This document shows, in pieces, positions 13,583-27,639 of a DNA stretch of 64,000 nt. How positions within the stretch are numbered: position 1 is the first letter of the stretch; the number at the start of each line of letters is the position of its first letter. Origin of the DNA: Epiperipatus broadwayi (lineage: Eukaryota; Animalia; Onychophora). Under the pieces are notes generated by a model. The model worked only from the letters and a program-made list of their open reading frames with translations, made no database searches and was not told where the DNA came from. Position numbers and translations under genes: made by a program. The DNA lies in the NCBI GenBank assembly GCA_028023455.1, contig JAQFVV010000005.1:19406001-19470000 (forward strand), given 5' to 3'.

Positions 13583-15162
13583 CAAATGTACCCATCTTCT
13601 TCCACGCCCCCTCGAATGTTTGCTAACGCCAAATTACACAAGCCTGACACATCTCTGAGGTTGATGCTGGACTTCGGAGGTGTGCATTATTTTCAGACAG
13701 CTAAGAAGATGATCGATGACTTAGGATTTGGCGAGTATACTATTAAATTTTCTTTGGATTTTGTAGAGCGAATCAAGAATGCGCTAATAAGGCCTGAGTT
13801 TAAAATTGCTGCTTTAGATATTTCAGAGTTATACGGGTCTATTAATAGAAAGACGTCTATCAATATTATACAATAAGAACTCGTAAGTAAAAATGTGGCT
13901 CAGGCTCGCATTTGTTTCATAACAGAATTTTTGAGATGGTTGGATAAAAATATAATGGCAAAGTTTGAAGACAATTGGTACCACATGAACGATGGGTGGC
14001 CCATGGGATTACCCATGAGCAGCATCATGGCTAGCAACTATTTGAATTTTTATGAAAAACAAGTATTATCTAAATACAACATAGTAGATAATAATATAAT
14101 ATATACAAGGTATGTGGACGACTTATTCATTGCTGCTCCAGTAAATATTGTTGAGCAAATCAAAGCTCAGATACAAGCGCGCACATCCTTAAATTTAAAC
14201 ATTACATGGGAAGATATAAAACAAGAGGTAAAATATTTAGATGTCAATGTACACAGAGAAGGAAGTATGCTTAACTAAGCCACCAGAAGTTCGAGGACAG
14301 ATTCACCCTGATTCATACACACCTATGACTCACAAGTTTGCTGGGTTAACATCAATACTTTTTAGAAATTACTCTTTGTGCAAATTTGAGGCAGACAGAA
14401 GGACTAACATAATTAATTACACTAACAACTTAATCAAATCAGGATACAGGCGCAGTATAGTTTATAGCAAGATTAGACATTTTATTAATAATATTGGAAA
14501 ACACAGAGTTGGAGACAACAAGTCTCGGCTATTGCTGCCCTACGTGCACTCTTTGCATAAAACATTCTATAGGACTTTCTCTACAGAATTTTGTTTGAGT
14601 TTTCATACACCTATCTCAACTAATAGGCTTATTAACAACACTAAAGACACTATAGCTTCTGATCAGATCCCACAGGCCGTGTATAGAGTGGCATGCCCTC
14701 ACAATGGATGCAAAGCTTCATACTATGGTGAAACAAGAACCACCATAGCTACTATGATGTCACAGCATAAGTATAGATATAATAAGTCACACACTAACCC
14801 AGAATGGACTTCAATTTTTGCACAACTTCAAAAGTATCAGGACATGAGTTCGAACCCGCATCTGCAAAATTGGTTTGTACTGAGAGGCATGATGTTAAGC
14901 ATAAGGTAAAGGAGGCTTACGTTATAGCAGAGGACTCCTTCACCATTAATCGTAAAGAAGCATGTTTTGCTATATCAAAAAGATGGTCTTAATGACTCAT
15001 TTGCATAGAATTTGCATATCATATTTATATAATGATTTCAAAGAATCAGTCATAACTGGCTATGATTATGAGAAGTACATCTTCTTGAAAGCGCCCAGCC
15101 ATTTAATTTATTTTCTATTTGTTGTTGCAGCTTTACGTCGTAAGTGTGATAGCACGATTTAA
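13583..15162 (+). mobile_element. Penelope-like retroelement (RT + C-terminal GIY-YIG), 5'-truncated and inactivated
   Basis: RT motifs PRMFANAKLHKP, GWPMGLPMSSIMASNYL and RYVDDLF; thumb/linker HPDSYTPMTHK and LLPYV; GIY-YIG-type AVYRVACPHNGCKASYYGETR and GHEFEP...KEAYVI...INRKE. One in-frame TAA (13874-13876) and two frameshifts. TATTAT occurs at both junctions (13577-13582, 15163-15168), a possible TSD. Confidence 0.92.
15057..15101 (+). ncRNA. Minimal type I hammerhead ribozyme-like motif in the Penelope 3' repeat (variant or degenerate)
   Basis: TGGCT-ATGATTA-T-GAGAAG tacat CTTCTT-GAAA-GCGC-CC-AGCCA: 5-bp stem I (TGGCT/AGCCA), stem II of 5 WC pairs plus one GU, GAAA core and palindromic GCGC stem III. 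This is the layout and location known for Penelope hammerheads. Confidence 0.65.
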
Positions 15163-17325
15163 TATTATTCCATTCCTTGCTACTATAACACCCAACAATT
15201 CTCCTAATACAATCATCCCACCTTTTGTACAAGTATACTGACATAAATTCTTTACCCAAATCTTCTGCATACCATACTACCTTTCTCACCATCTTGTTGC
15301 CTGTCCTTTACTCATAAAACAATTAAATATTAATTTGGTTATTGCAATCTACCAAACATTTTCTTTTGTTTTTTGCATCTCTCATATAAAAACTTGACCA
15401 TTTCCCATCTCTCCATGAGTTACCTCCTTTGCCGTCAACATATCTATATCTAATGCATGTCTTCCTACTTCTCTTCGTACTTTTTCTAAGTAATCTAAGA
15501 CCCTTTACTAACAAATAACGCATTGTTACCATATGTAAACCTTGCTACTGCCACTTCTTTCCATACAAATCTAGCTACATCATATTTATTATATGAAAAT
15601 ACTACTAATTTCTTTATCAGACTTTTTCCTCTCTTTGCTTTATTTATCAATTTTTCTGATTACTTAAGACGATTCCCTATACCTATTTACCACACTTAAC
15701 TTTATATCTCCCAATAAAAGTTCTTTGTCTCCTTTTTCCCCAGTATTAATCATCACTTTTGATTTTTCTTCACTCAATTTAATCCCCATCTCTTTACCCA
15801 CCCTTGTGCATATCATCAGAATAACTTCCACATCTTCCCTACTTTCTATGCACAAGAAGACATCATCCGCAAATAAAAGACCCGATGTATATAGCCCCTT
15901 GCCACCTATTAATGGTATCTCTATACCTCCGCCTAGTCTTTCTATTGTTCTCTCCATTTCTTTCAAATACAACAAAAACAAAATAGATGACATAGGGCAT
16001 CCTTATCTTCCCCATTCCATTTTTAACTTTAACTGATTCTATATTGCTTAATTGATAATTATTTTCATACATTCTGTTCTATTCATTCCCAAATTTACCC
16101 ATAATCTATTTCTATTTACTCTATCATACGCCTTCTCTATATCTATAAAAAGCATATATAACTGTCTATCTGTTTTTCTACACATATCTATAAGTTGTGC
16201 AACTACAAATAATCTATCTATTATATGCCTATCCAATTAAAAACCTCCTCACGTTTCTCCCACTATATTATTTTTCCATCCATTCTGCTACCCTTCTAGC
16301 CATGATATATGTTAAAAACTTTATATAACACTGATGTTACCGCTATCAATCTATAATTGTTTAACTTTCTGCGATCCTTATTCTTTCCTTTAAATAGTAG
16401 CCTTACTCTTATATTATCCCAACTATCTGGATAATTCTCTCTTCTGTGCCATCTTATTATAACATAATAGGTTTAATTTTGTCCTATCATTACCATCTCT
16501 GTTGCCCATCCATCTAAATCTCTTGCTTTTCACTTTTCAATTTCTTCCCTGCTTCATTCAATTCATTTTCTGTAAACCTAATATTTCCATTAATGCTTTC
16601 ATGTTTGTTATCACTCTATCCTTCACATTAACATCTTTTCTATATCCATTACATAACTATTTAAGATTGACTCTCATTCTTCTCTAGAGATACACTGTAT
16701 TACCTCATCATCTAGTAATACTATTTCTCTCTTCCCTACATTATTCCTTTTTATTTCCATAATTTTTTACTTTCATCTCTTCCATTTATTAATATCCTCC
16801 AACAATTTACTATTTAATTTCATTCACTCTCTCTAATTATCTATTTTAGCCAACTTTTTTTTAAAATGCTTTTCCCATTTAACATTAGCATCTTTTTCAC
16901 TTTGTTCTTAATAGCACACTTGTGGTATCTGGATGCTTTCCCCCCCTCTTTTACACTTTGACTAACTCTCACTTTTCTTTTCTTTTTATTCTTCTGAATA
17001 TTCTCACCTAAAATCCTATTTGCCACTTTTTCTATTTCACCACACCAGTCCTTGTATTCATCCCCAAACCACTCTTCCATAGTTTCTTCAACTTTTATTT
17101 TATATTCTTATTGATCATTTTCCATCCACATCTTTCAGTATCCTTTCTACTTTTATTACTATTTCCCATCACATTACTAACCATTTCTATTATAAAGAAA
17201 TTATGATCCCTATTACATACTCTCTCTTCATTATCAAACACTTTAATTTTCCATATCTTATTCATTCTCTCTCTACTAATACATAATCTATTGTGTGAAA
17301 TATATTATTTCTAGACCATGTGAAA
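15163..17325 (-). mobile_element. Degenerate non-LTR retrotransposon (APE endonuclease + RT), 5' part
   Basis: APE-like FTWSRNN..TIDYVLV and RDH motifs near 17200-17325; RT motifs NYRLIAVTSVLYKVF, LFIDIEKAYDRVNRNRLW and LLFADDVFL. Many stops and frameshifts. Confidence 0.88.
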
Positions 17326-20300
17326 AATACTATATAACTCCATCAAGCAGACAGAGTGTACACTGTAGTAGCAACTATATAATTTTAATACAATAATTAT
17401 ATATTTTTTTAAAAAAAATCAAAATGAATATTAATTATATATAGCCACAAGATTTTTTTTTTTTTTTTTAAAATACACAATACTTTCTAATGATTTATTT
17501 ACTATAAATAAGAAAAACATTAAATTGATATCTACAAGCTTATCTCACATTTTACATTTCAATCATCTTTAAAAAGGTTAAAAATAAAAGTTACACACCT
17601 TTTATTAAATGTTAAGATTTTTTTACAAAAAATTGAAACAAAACAAAAACTGCTTTTTTTGTTAAATTTATAGGAAAATGCTAAAATTTGAGATGGAAGG
17701 TAAATCTTTTCTAAAGCAATCTTTATTGTTCATATTACTTTTAATAAAATAAAAATGCCAATTTAGATTTTAAAAAAGTTATCTACGCAAAAAATATTGT
17801 GTCAGGATCAGGATTTGTCAATGATAGATGCAAAAAAAAAAAAATTGAAAACCAATGTATGCAAATTTTTAGAGCTCTGAATTCAGAATAAATGAAAGAA
17901 AATGATGGCTACTGAAGAATGATAACCAACTGACCAAGAATTCACTGTAAAACAATTTTTGGATAACAATTTTGTTGGATTTTTTTATAGTAAAAATTAG
18001 TCACATGACCTATATAGCTTGTGATACACACAGTAAAATTTCTAGGTTTCAGCTTCATGTCATTTTTTTTTTATCACCTTTTAATTTTTGTCTAACTGAA
18101 TGAGAGAAGGAAGTAATATCAGGGTAAGAATCACTGATATAGGTCCTTTTTATTTAAAATCAATAAAAAGTAAAACAGGATAAACTTGAGTGGAAATTTC
18201 TGTTAAAATTATTCCAGCAATTGATATCTATATCAAAAAAAAAAAATTAAAACAAGCAAGCCGCAATCATACAAAATATATACACGTATGTATATATATA
18301 CACAAAATGCACTGTCACATTTATATTCACCAGACACATTCTTTAGTACATGATTGCATGTATTTTGTTATATACATCAAAAGATCAGAGTATAATAATT
18401 ATAGCTCAGATTACTTGTATGCCCTTTAATGATCTCATGTTTATACATATTGATATTTATTAAATACGACAAGAAAAAAATCTGATGAAAACCATTAGTC
18501 TTGAAGCATATTTGCTTCCCTTGAGTAATAAGCTCATGTTATTTTTGGAGTTATATATATATATATGTATGCTGATGTAAATATTTAGAAGAGTTAAAAA
18601 AAAAATCTAACATTGTTGAGGCAAGAGATTGTTTATGCAAAAAAAAAAAAAAATTATTCACAGATTGAAAAAGACTATCTTCTTTGGAGCATACTATGAT
18701 GTTAGTAAAATGAAGAATTATTTATCTTCTGATTCTTTTTAGTATAAATAGTCTTCTGGTTATTCTTACATAAGGAAAACTCATTAAATCTTCAACATAT
18801 ATATACTGAAACTATGAGGTTTATATGGAAGCTACAAAGTATTTAAAAAAGAAAAAAAGCTATGTTATTATTGTTTAAAAAATTCATTAAAAGTATAGTT
18901 AATAAAGAATGGTAATTCATATGGGTTATGGATAAATAACCAACACGCGATGTGTGTACATATTATAATAAATAAATAATTATATATTAAGAAGTATAAT
19001 AATATTGTATATAAAATTATTCTAGATTATTTATTTATTTATTATTACAATTTATAAAAAAATATTTTTTCTTTGTATTATTTTTATTTATGTAAAGTTG
19101 ATTTGTAATAATACCAAATAAGATGGAAAAAACTAATAAAATTGATTGAAATTATTGCCGTCTTGGGAAATGGGAAAAAGAACAAGATTTTAGATAGAGT
19201 AAGAAGACTACACTGAACTGAATAACAAGTATTTTTAAATCTCCCGTTTTAAAAGTGAACTAATAATAATCATATGTTTTAACTGATCAAGGGATTTCTA
19301 AATTAATAAGATAGAGGAAAGGTTTTATCCCCTCATTTTCTATAACATTTCCCAGAAGATTGGATGAAGGAATTAACATGAAATAATTGAATAATACAAC
19401 ACAAATCTCTTCGAAATTAATTTAAAATTTAACATGGAATAAGTATTGTGTAATACAAATTTCTCTCTTCAAACTTGACTTATAATACTTTTGATTAACA
19501 AGAAAACAAAAGAATAAAAAAATATTATTGGAAAACAAAGTCAAATATTTAAAGCTAATGTTTACTAACAATAAATCAATTCAATTATTATTATATCAGC
19601 TGACTGTGGGCCCAAAGGAACAAATACATGAAAACATTTAATAATTTTTACTCGGTATCACACCATCCAGGGCAAATAAAAATGGTATTATTGTTTTTCA
19701 TTTATAAATGGGTTCTTTGTAAAGTAATTTAATAACACTTGTATTTAGTAAATATTAATAGTAGAAACATAATAATTAATGTTTAATGTGCATATGTGAA
19801 TCAATTATAAAAGTGATTGTTTTGATTAAGTTATTTTTTATTAATATGACAAACATATAAAAACCTTTCATCAAAACACAATTATAAGTATTTACTTTTG
19901 ATATACTTTAAAGAGGTATAACTTGAAGCAGAGTCAAAATATATATTTTTAATCTTTATCTTGGGGAGAGTTAGATATTATCAACTCTAAATGTGACATA
20001 CTTCAGCTCTGTTTCATGAAAATACAATCTAAATTGTAAATAATGGCTACTTAAATTATTTCAATTATCATATAAGAATAAATACTAATAAAAGGTTTTG
20101 AAATGCTATTTTATAATATTTCATCAATTTGATTGTTTAAAATATGTAAAATAATTATTGAAAATAGATAAAAAAAATTATGTTTATTAATTTATTCTAC
20201 TTATTATATTCTTATTTAGTATATTAATTATAATAATCACAATGTATATTTTATATCATAAAACTATTATTGTTATTATTTATAATGCTGTCCTTGATCT

Positions 20301-22154
20301 CTAAATTTATTTAGTTCTCTATTTTATTTTGGAGTTAATGCAAGATCCGTCAATGATAGATAGTGCCTTTGGGTTTATAACATCTATTCATTGTGTTACT
20401 CTTATTGTAATACTCTAATTTAATGTATTCATAATTTATACATGTTCAATGATTACAAGTCGTAAGGTCACTGTAACTGGATTAATCAGTCGCATTCATC
20501 TGGCTGTACATTAAATATCTAGCTTGCATCCTGCTCATCCTCATCATTATTAAATTATAAATGTTTGCAGGTTAGAATATATATGATCGTGATGCCACAT
20601 CTTATTTACATGATCTATATTTATTTATTCCATTAATATATATATATACACACGATAATGTTCAATAGATTAGCTAAAAATCCTAATAGTGTCCCTGCAC
20701 AATAGGGTGGATTGGTCATACTGATTTTCATAACTGAAGAGTAATGATGACTAGAGTGATCTTGTTATTCCAAGATACCACACCTATATAACAATAGAAT
20801 TTACAATGTTGATACATCTCAGGGTGCTCACTATATTAAATATGTTTATATGTACTTATGTTGTTAAAAAAAAAGTGAATAAAAATAGAATTAAATATTT
20901 AGTATGAAAATCGGTGGGGATTATACAGTTCGTACACCCCCAATGGCAAAGTGCACAAGAAACAATGTGGCTAACATCTTATCTGACTCTTTTTCAAAGC
21001 AAAAATTTTATTCCCAGTATGAGAAGACAACTATTATGACCTGACTAAAGTAATCCTTATCTGAGTAAATTTCGATTTATGCATAGCATGTTCCATTTGT
21101 AAATTTAATTTATATAAAATCAGATAATTTCCAAAATTAAAACTTGTTAATAATCTGCATCTAATTTTAATTCCATGCATAGTAAAAACATATAATTTTC
21201 TATTTCTTTGAAGAAGTAACATTATTCTCTTGACAAGATTTTTTGATTGGAAATTTGTAAATATTTTTATTTTCATTAGCAGAATGCACTATTTGTATTT
21301 CTGCACACTAAGTTCAAAAATTTATTCTACTTTCTATAGCTAAAATCAACTTTTGAGTATTTATAAATTAAATGAAGTTGTTGAATTTGCAGCAAATGTT
21401 TATATCTTCAGTTTTGAACTCCTTTCTTATGTTTCTTTTCTTTCAATTATATTTTCTCTTTATCTTTTTTTAAAATCTATTTTAGTGATAACAATGATGG
21501 ATGTTTAATGCCATATGACCCATTGAGAAACTAACTATTCAATTATTATTTTTTTTATTAAAGCACATTTTAAAAGTAAAGCCATATAAAAAAAAATAAC
21601 TGCATGATTTATTATTTAGAAATTGATAAAAAGTGTAAGCACTGAAAGAGATAGAACTGCTTAATGATCCATGAATCTTGAATTCTGCACTGCATGAGCC
21701 ACATACAAACATGTATATTCAAATAATTAAGGATTCTCTTGGCAACAGTTCTGTAATCGGATCATCATCAGTGGAAGTTTTCCTACTGAGTTACATAGAT
21801 ATTAAGTGATTTTTTGGATAGGATTATGATACAAAATATGTCATGGAAATAAGAAATATGATATATTAACTATTAAAATAACCCTTTATCATCATCAGAA
21901 AACATTGTAACTCTCATATGCTCATACTAAAAAGCAGATTTATTGATTCCAAAAATCAAGCAACAAGCAATAACCTAATCCTTAACAAAAATAATGATAA
22001 CAGTTAATTATTATTATTATTTCAAAGTTATTATTTAGTTCCATTATAAGTTTTTTTATTGCTTTACATTATATTATCAACTCATTTCAATTTCTAAACA
22101 GTTGAAACCTACAGTAACAATTAATAAAAGTATTAATAACAGAAAACGACTTAC

Positions 22155-22290
22155 TGCAATAACTTTTTTATGTCTAACCACACTTGCTGCTTGCCCATCA
22201 GCAAGTGATTCCGTACTAGAAGATTCATCATTGAGCATACTTGCTCCTTCGCTACCAATACTTAAATTGCTCATACCACTTGCCGTCCGC
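22155..22290 (-). CDS. OSBP: OSBP internal exon (Ser-rich linker)
   Basis: (R)RTASGMSNLSIGSEGASMLNDESSSTESLADGQAASVVRHKKVIA resembles the post-FFAT 'HKRTGS' Ser-rich linker. Acceptor ttattag, donor gtaagt; 136 nt, phase 2 to 0. Confidence 0.88.
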
Positions 22291-25156
22291 CTAATAATAA
22301 TATAAAGTATAACATTAATACATTTACTTTTAGCAAAAAATAAAGAATATAATAATTGAAAATGGTGCAATTATGATAAATATTGTATAACTATTTTAAT
22401 AATTCTACCAATATAATATTTAATTAAAAACTGAGGTTAAATACATGTAAATATTCTGAAAAGTTAACAGTGAAAGATTATGATCAGCCATGAAATGGCT
22501 AAAATGCATTACCACAATAATAAACTGATCATATAGCAACTTGAAAAAACAACAGATAACATCGTTAAAGACACATTATTTACATCATTACCAAAGGCTG
22601 ACAAATTTGCCAACATCTAATATTAATACAAAATCTACAATCATCGTCTCTTTATCAAATACAATTTCATATGATATATGACTGAACAATGATAAAAATC
22701 TCACCATATTCATGAACATATCCTTCATAAAAGTTAACAAAATAAAAGTTTATAATATGCAAGGTCACATAAAATACATTCACACAAGTCAATTAAAAAT
22801 GTGAAAAATCAATGTGAACCACACCTTCTAATTCAAAGAAAGCGTTGAATTTAAGAGTTTAAATGTGAAAATTATAACTCATTAAAGGCAAACAAAATAA
22901 AGATATCACCTCATATTTGAAAATATTGAAAGTACTCAAGACAAAAGTAGAATTTACCTAAAAAATAATGATTAACTGGAAATTAAAGGCTAGATTTAAA
23001 AATGTATAAATTTGAAAACAGAATGTTAGAATACATAAAAAATTCATGAAGTTCATCTAAGAGAAGTAAATTTCAGATTGAAAAGCAATTTTGCTCCAAA
23101 ATCAAAGAAATCTATTTACAAAAGTGATTAAAATATTCTTTTTTTATCACTTTCCCACTGATATTTTTGAAGCAAAAATAATCACAAAAAGCGGTGACAA
23201 GCTTAAGAAAGATTTTCATTCAAGGTGTATGCAGTAATTTGTTCAAGATTAAATAAAAATTATTACTTGAATAATTTATCCAAAATAATGGAGTTTGTAT
23301 TTATAAAAGTTTTAAATGCATTCTCATAATTTTATACAGAATGCAGGTTCTGGAGATATTATCGGGATTTAGAACTAATTTGTTTTTTCAAATAATTTGC
23401 TTAAATTTTACAATGCACTAATGTTTTTAAAATTAAAGTCTGTCAATAAGAAGGATTAATATCAATTTCCTTTGCATTTTTAAAATTTATTTTTAGATTG
23501 TAAAACTAAAATGAATAATTTACTATTTTAATTTTAAAACATTAAGTATGACAAATATTTAAATAAGACATACAATATATTCATTTATAATATCTCCAAG
23601 GAAATGCATATATATGATGGTAATCCCATAGATAGGCTATATGTATTATATACAAACACACTGCAACATTAAATTTATAAATTTGCAATAATGATCTTCA
23701 TACCATTATAATAAATTATTTTCTATGGTGGATATTTTGCAAATCATTTTAATTGTATACACACTGAATTTAAAAGTATAGGCTGTAAAGTTAAAGGATT
23801 GAAATTTACAGAGTAAAAGATTTCTTCAAATGGCATATGATGACTATGCATTCTATTAACACTATCAAATTGAGTAATTGTTGCTCACTGATCAACAATG
23901 AAAGTCATTTGTCAGGAGAATATATTTTTATAAAAGATATCATGAAATTAATATCACATCAAAAATGCTTAAATTATTTTTGAAAATAACATGAAGAAAT
24001 AAATTAAAATTAATTATTTTTGATGCAAAGTCATCATTAAATTAAAATAAATTTAATGTTATATAATAGATCTATTGATTACCCTAAACTAAATAAGACC
24101 AAACTGTGGTTCAACGATTCAAACAGAATAATCAAGCATGCAGAAAAATATTTTGTTTACATAAAATAAAGTACTATTACCTTTCTATACTAAAAAATGA
24201 AGTATTACAAAAAAAAAAACATCATTGAAATAATTTGTTTGAAGAAACAATATACACTCATACTTCAGACAAGATTTAGGATGTGCTCGAAAAATGGAGC
24301 ACTATATATATATATAAAAGATTCTAAACAAAGTTAGCTATACAATAACTAAAATAAAGCAACAATAAAGTTTTACTGAGAAACTTATCAAATTATAAGA
24401 TTTTAATAAATAGAAAACATTTATAATTTAAAAAAAATTAGATCATCTGTTATTTTTGTTTCAAGAAAAGATCTAATATCAAAACAATCTGCTACTGCAT
24501 ATATTTACATACACAAAAATATAAGTATTAAGTGGCAAAATTAATATTTAGCTCAACAATCAATGGTTAGAATACACACTGTATTCTTTGCAGTGAGGAT
24601 AGGATGGCAATTTTATTGAATGATATTTCCAGATGACTAATATTTTTCATAGTTGAACCGATAGAATATTCAAAGAATACAAAATTATTCTTATTCATGA
24701 CAATAACTATTAAACCAATTCACTATTTTTTAAAAAGACAAATAGTCAAACGCATACATATATATAAAATCAAATCAAGTAGTTCTAATTTATCACAATC
24801 ATCCTAGAAAAAAATAAAGACATCTGTATATCAATATATTTATAACACCACTGAGAAAAGGCTTGTACTTCACCATGTACCACTGAAATTCAGTGTTCAC
24901 ATACTGGTATCTCCCTTAAAACCCTTTTGATAGTCACTTTTCAATATCAATTGAGAAGATAACACTCTGTTAGATAATAAGGTGTTTTCTTACAATTAAT
25001 TTAAATCATTTAGACAATTAGTTTGCATATCTATTATAGAATCCCATAAGTTTCTTTCATTTTTAAAAATTATTTTAAATACAGTGAAGGTGCAAACTAG
25101 GCTGTATCAATATTTCAATTATACGCTATCAAAAAAAAAAAGTAAATAAATAAGTA

Positions 25157-26116
25157 CACCTGGGTCTCTTTTTACGCGGATTTATTTAACGCGATTTTGA
25201 AGTTACGTGATTCACGTTTCTCCGGAAGTTGAACTCCGATTACTTTAAATACTAAATTTCGCGCACTTACGTCATATTGAAAGTAATAGCACATTATTGG
25301 AATTCGACTTTCATCTTAGTAATTTCAATATTTTCAGTGCTTTATAATAGTAAGATTTTATGCAATAATGAAATTAAAATCATGATTTCCACATTTTATG
25401 TATATATACGCACATTAAATTTTACAAGATTATAATGTAAATTTGTTCAAACATTGTGCGTGTTAATTTTGCATTTTAAATCACATTCTGTTTTTGCTTT
25501 TTAAAAAAGAACATAATCAATTATTAATCATTTAGTGTCCGCAAGTTTATTTTTAAAAGGTGAGTAATAGCAGTGAGCACAATTAAAATTGAAAATTAAA
25601 AAATTAAAGACAAAAATAAGAATTTAATTTTTAGTTGTTAGATTAATTACTAATTATGTAGTCACCAGAAAACCATTAACACAACATGAGAGTGACGTTG
25701 GCGCTAGTTGTATTTCCTCTTGTGAAGAATCTGATTTTTTACCAGTTTGCAAACGAACCTGTTTACCGGCAAATAGCGATAATAATTAAAACGTGTATAA
25801 AAAAATGTAAATTACTGTAAATTATGCATAAAAATATATTGTTTTGAATAAAATTAAATATTATAGTTAAAAAAAGTTTGTCTTGTATCAATTTTTTTCA
25901 AATTTGAAATTTTTTATTAGTCATATTTTATTTCCTTATTTTTTTTTGCGAAAATTTTAAAGTAATTTTATGTTGGTGCTTTGCTTTTACACGATTTTTG
26001 AAAAATCACAGTCCGTATTCCCCCCTTTTTCAAGGTAAGTTACGTCTATTTTGCGCGATTTCGTTTGCGCATGTTTTCTGAGGAACCTATCTATCGCATA
26101 AAATGAGACCCAGGTG
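25157..26116 (+). mobile_element. Non-autonomous TIR element (Tc1/mariner-pogo-type MITE), copy 1, complete
   Basis: TA|CACCTGGGTCTCTTTTTACGCG ... CGCATAAAATGAGACCCAGGTG|TA: terminal inverted repeats with TA on both sides and no ORF. Strand is an arbitrary family orientation. Confidence 0.9.
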
Positions 26117-27639
26117 TACTAACAAAAAAAAAAAAACTTTAAAATTTGTAAATTTAATACATTTTACAATTTGAGAACAGCTATCACTTGCAATCGGATT
26201 TTTAAAAAAATGTGTATAATATGCTAGCAACAGTCTTTCTATCTTGGAATGCCATACGTGGTCATGTTTATTAATAAAATTTCTTTGGTTTATATTTAAA
26301 GCACATACATTTTATTGATGGACAGTATTTTGTGTAATAAAATGCTTTAAGTGCAATGCTAGAAGTTTTACTAAATTTAAGAACATACTTTAAATTGATA
26401 CTAACTTAAAATCAAAACAATTAGAGAGATCAGTTTCTTAATAATAAGACTAATATTACATTTCTATAAGAAATATACTGCAGTAAGTTTTTTTTCCTTA
26501 TTATTTTTTCAGTCATAAAATCTATGAAAATGTGTTCCCACAATTTGTTATTAATATCTATATTTTATTACTAAAATTTTATTTATACTATAATTTAATT
26601 TATATATGCAGAATAAAAAGTACTGAATATTTGCAGTTCAATAAACAATACCTATTCTATCCGAATCAAAATTTATCAACAAACGAGTTATTATACATGA
26701 TATAGTCATAGTACCTCTATTCAATATTCTCATTGAACAATATAATAACTTTTAAAACAGCAAGAATTACTTCAAATAATTTCCCCCCCTATTTTTAAAG
26801 ACAATAACATTATAACTATTAAAGAAAATAATCAATCGTGTTACAAATTGATAACTTCTATGTTATATGCACTCAGAATAGCCGTTTCCCTTTATTTAAG
26901 AATATTAAATTTATTTACTACTTTTTTCCCTTCTATTTCTAAATTTCTATTTTTATTTTCTCTATTTCCTTTTTATAAAAAAATAAAACAGTAACAAATT
27001 AGCAATTTTTGTACTGACTACAGACGCATTCTACATAAATTTGAACTTTACATTCTAGAAAGAGCCATTAAAATTGTATTAAAAATGCAAATAAATAAAG
27101 CTAATATTTTCAAAGCAAAGAAAGAGTGAAGAAATTTTTATATAAACTAAGATGAAAATATAATGTGTACATTTAAAAAAAAAAAACCCCACAAAAAACA
27201 ATACAAAAAAATGTCATTGTAATTTAAATTTTTATGCATACTTTTATAATAGTACAATACAAATTATAAAAAGTTGCATAATTTACAAAAAAAATAACAC
27301 ATCACCAAATAATACAAATGTGTAATTTTTTTAATAATTCTTTAAAGAACAATACAAATTAGTGCAATTTACTAAAAATTAAAACAAATTAATGAAGGTT
27401 TATGTTTTAAAGCAAGAATCAAACATTATTATTGGTGATAAGTTACATAAATTTACTTCAGAAATGCTAAACAAATGTCTGAATTGTTGCTGTCCTGCCA
27501 CAATATTTTCTAACATGTGCTCCAAGTAAAAATTTAAAAGTTTGGGGGGGTGTATCTCCCAACTATTTTAGAATTTTGCACTTGGCCTAAGTCCAAAAAT
27601 GTTTAATAGCCCTATGTTTGAGCTTCTATCATACGATCA

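Noticed and set aside
13874-13876. In-frame stop in the Penelope RT as possible selenocysteine recoding
   Set aside because: The codon is TAA, not TGA, and the element also has two frameshifts; simple decay explains it.
15725-16687. Plus-strand ORFs of 61-103 aa
   Set aside because: Antisense shadows of the LINE RT region.
21740-21800. Possible extra OSBP micro-exon (RKTSTDDDPITELLPRES)
   Set aside because: No phase-0 acceptor for that frame and no GT donor before the stop.
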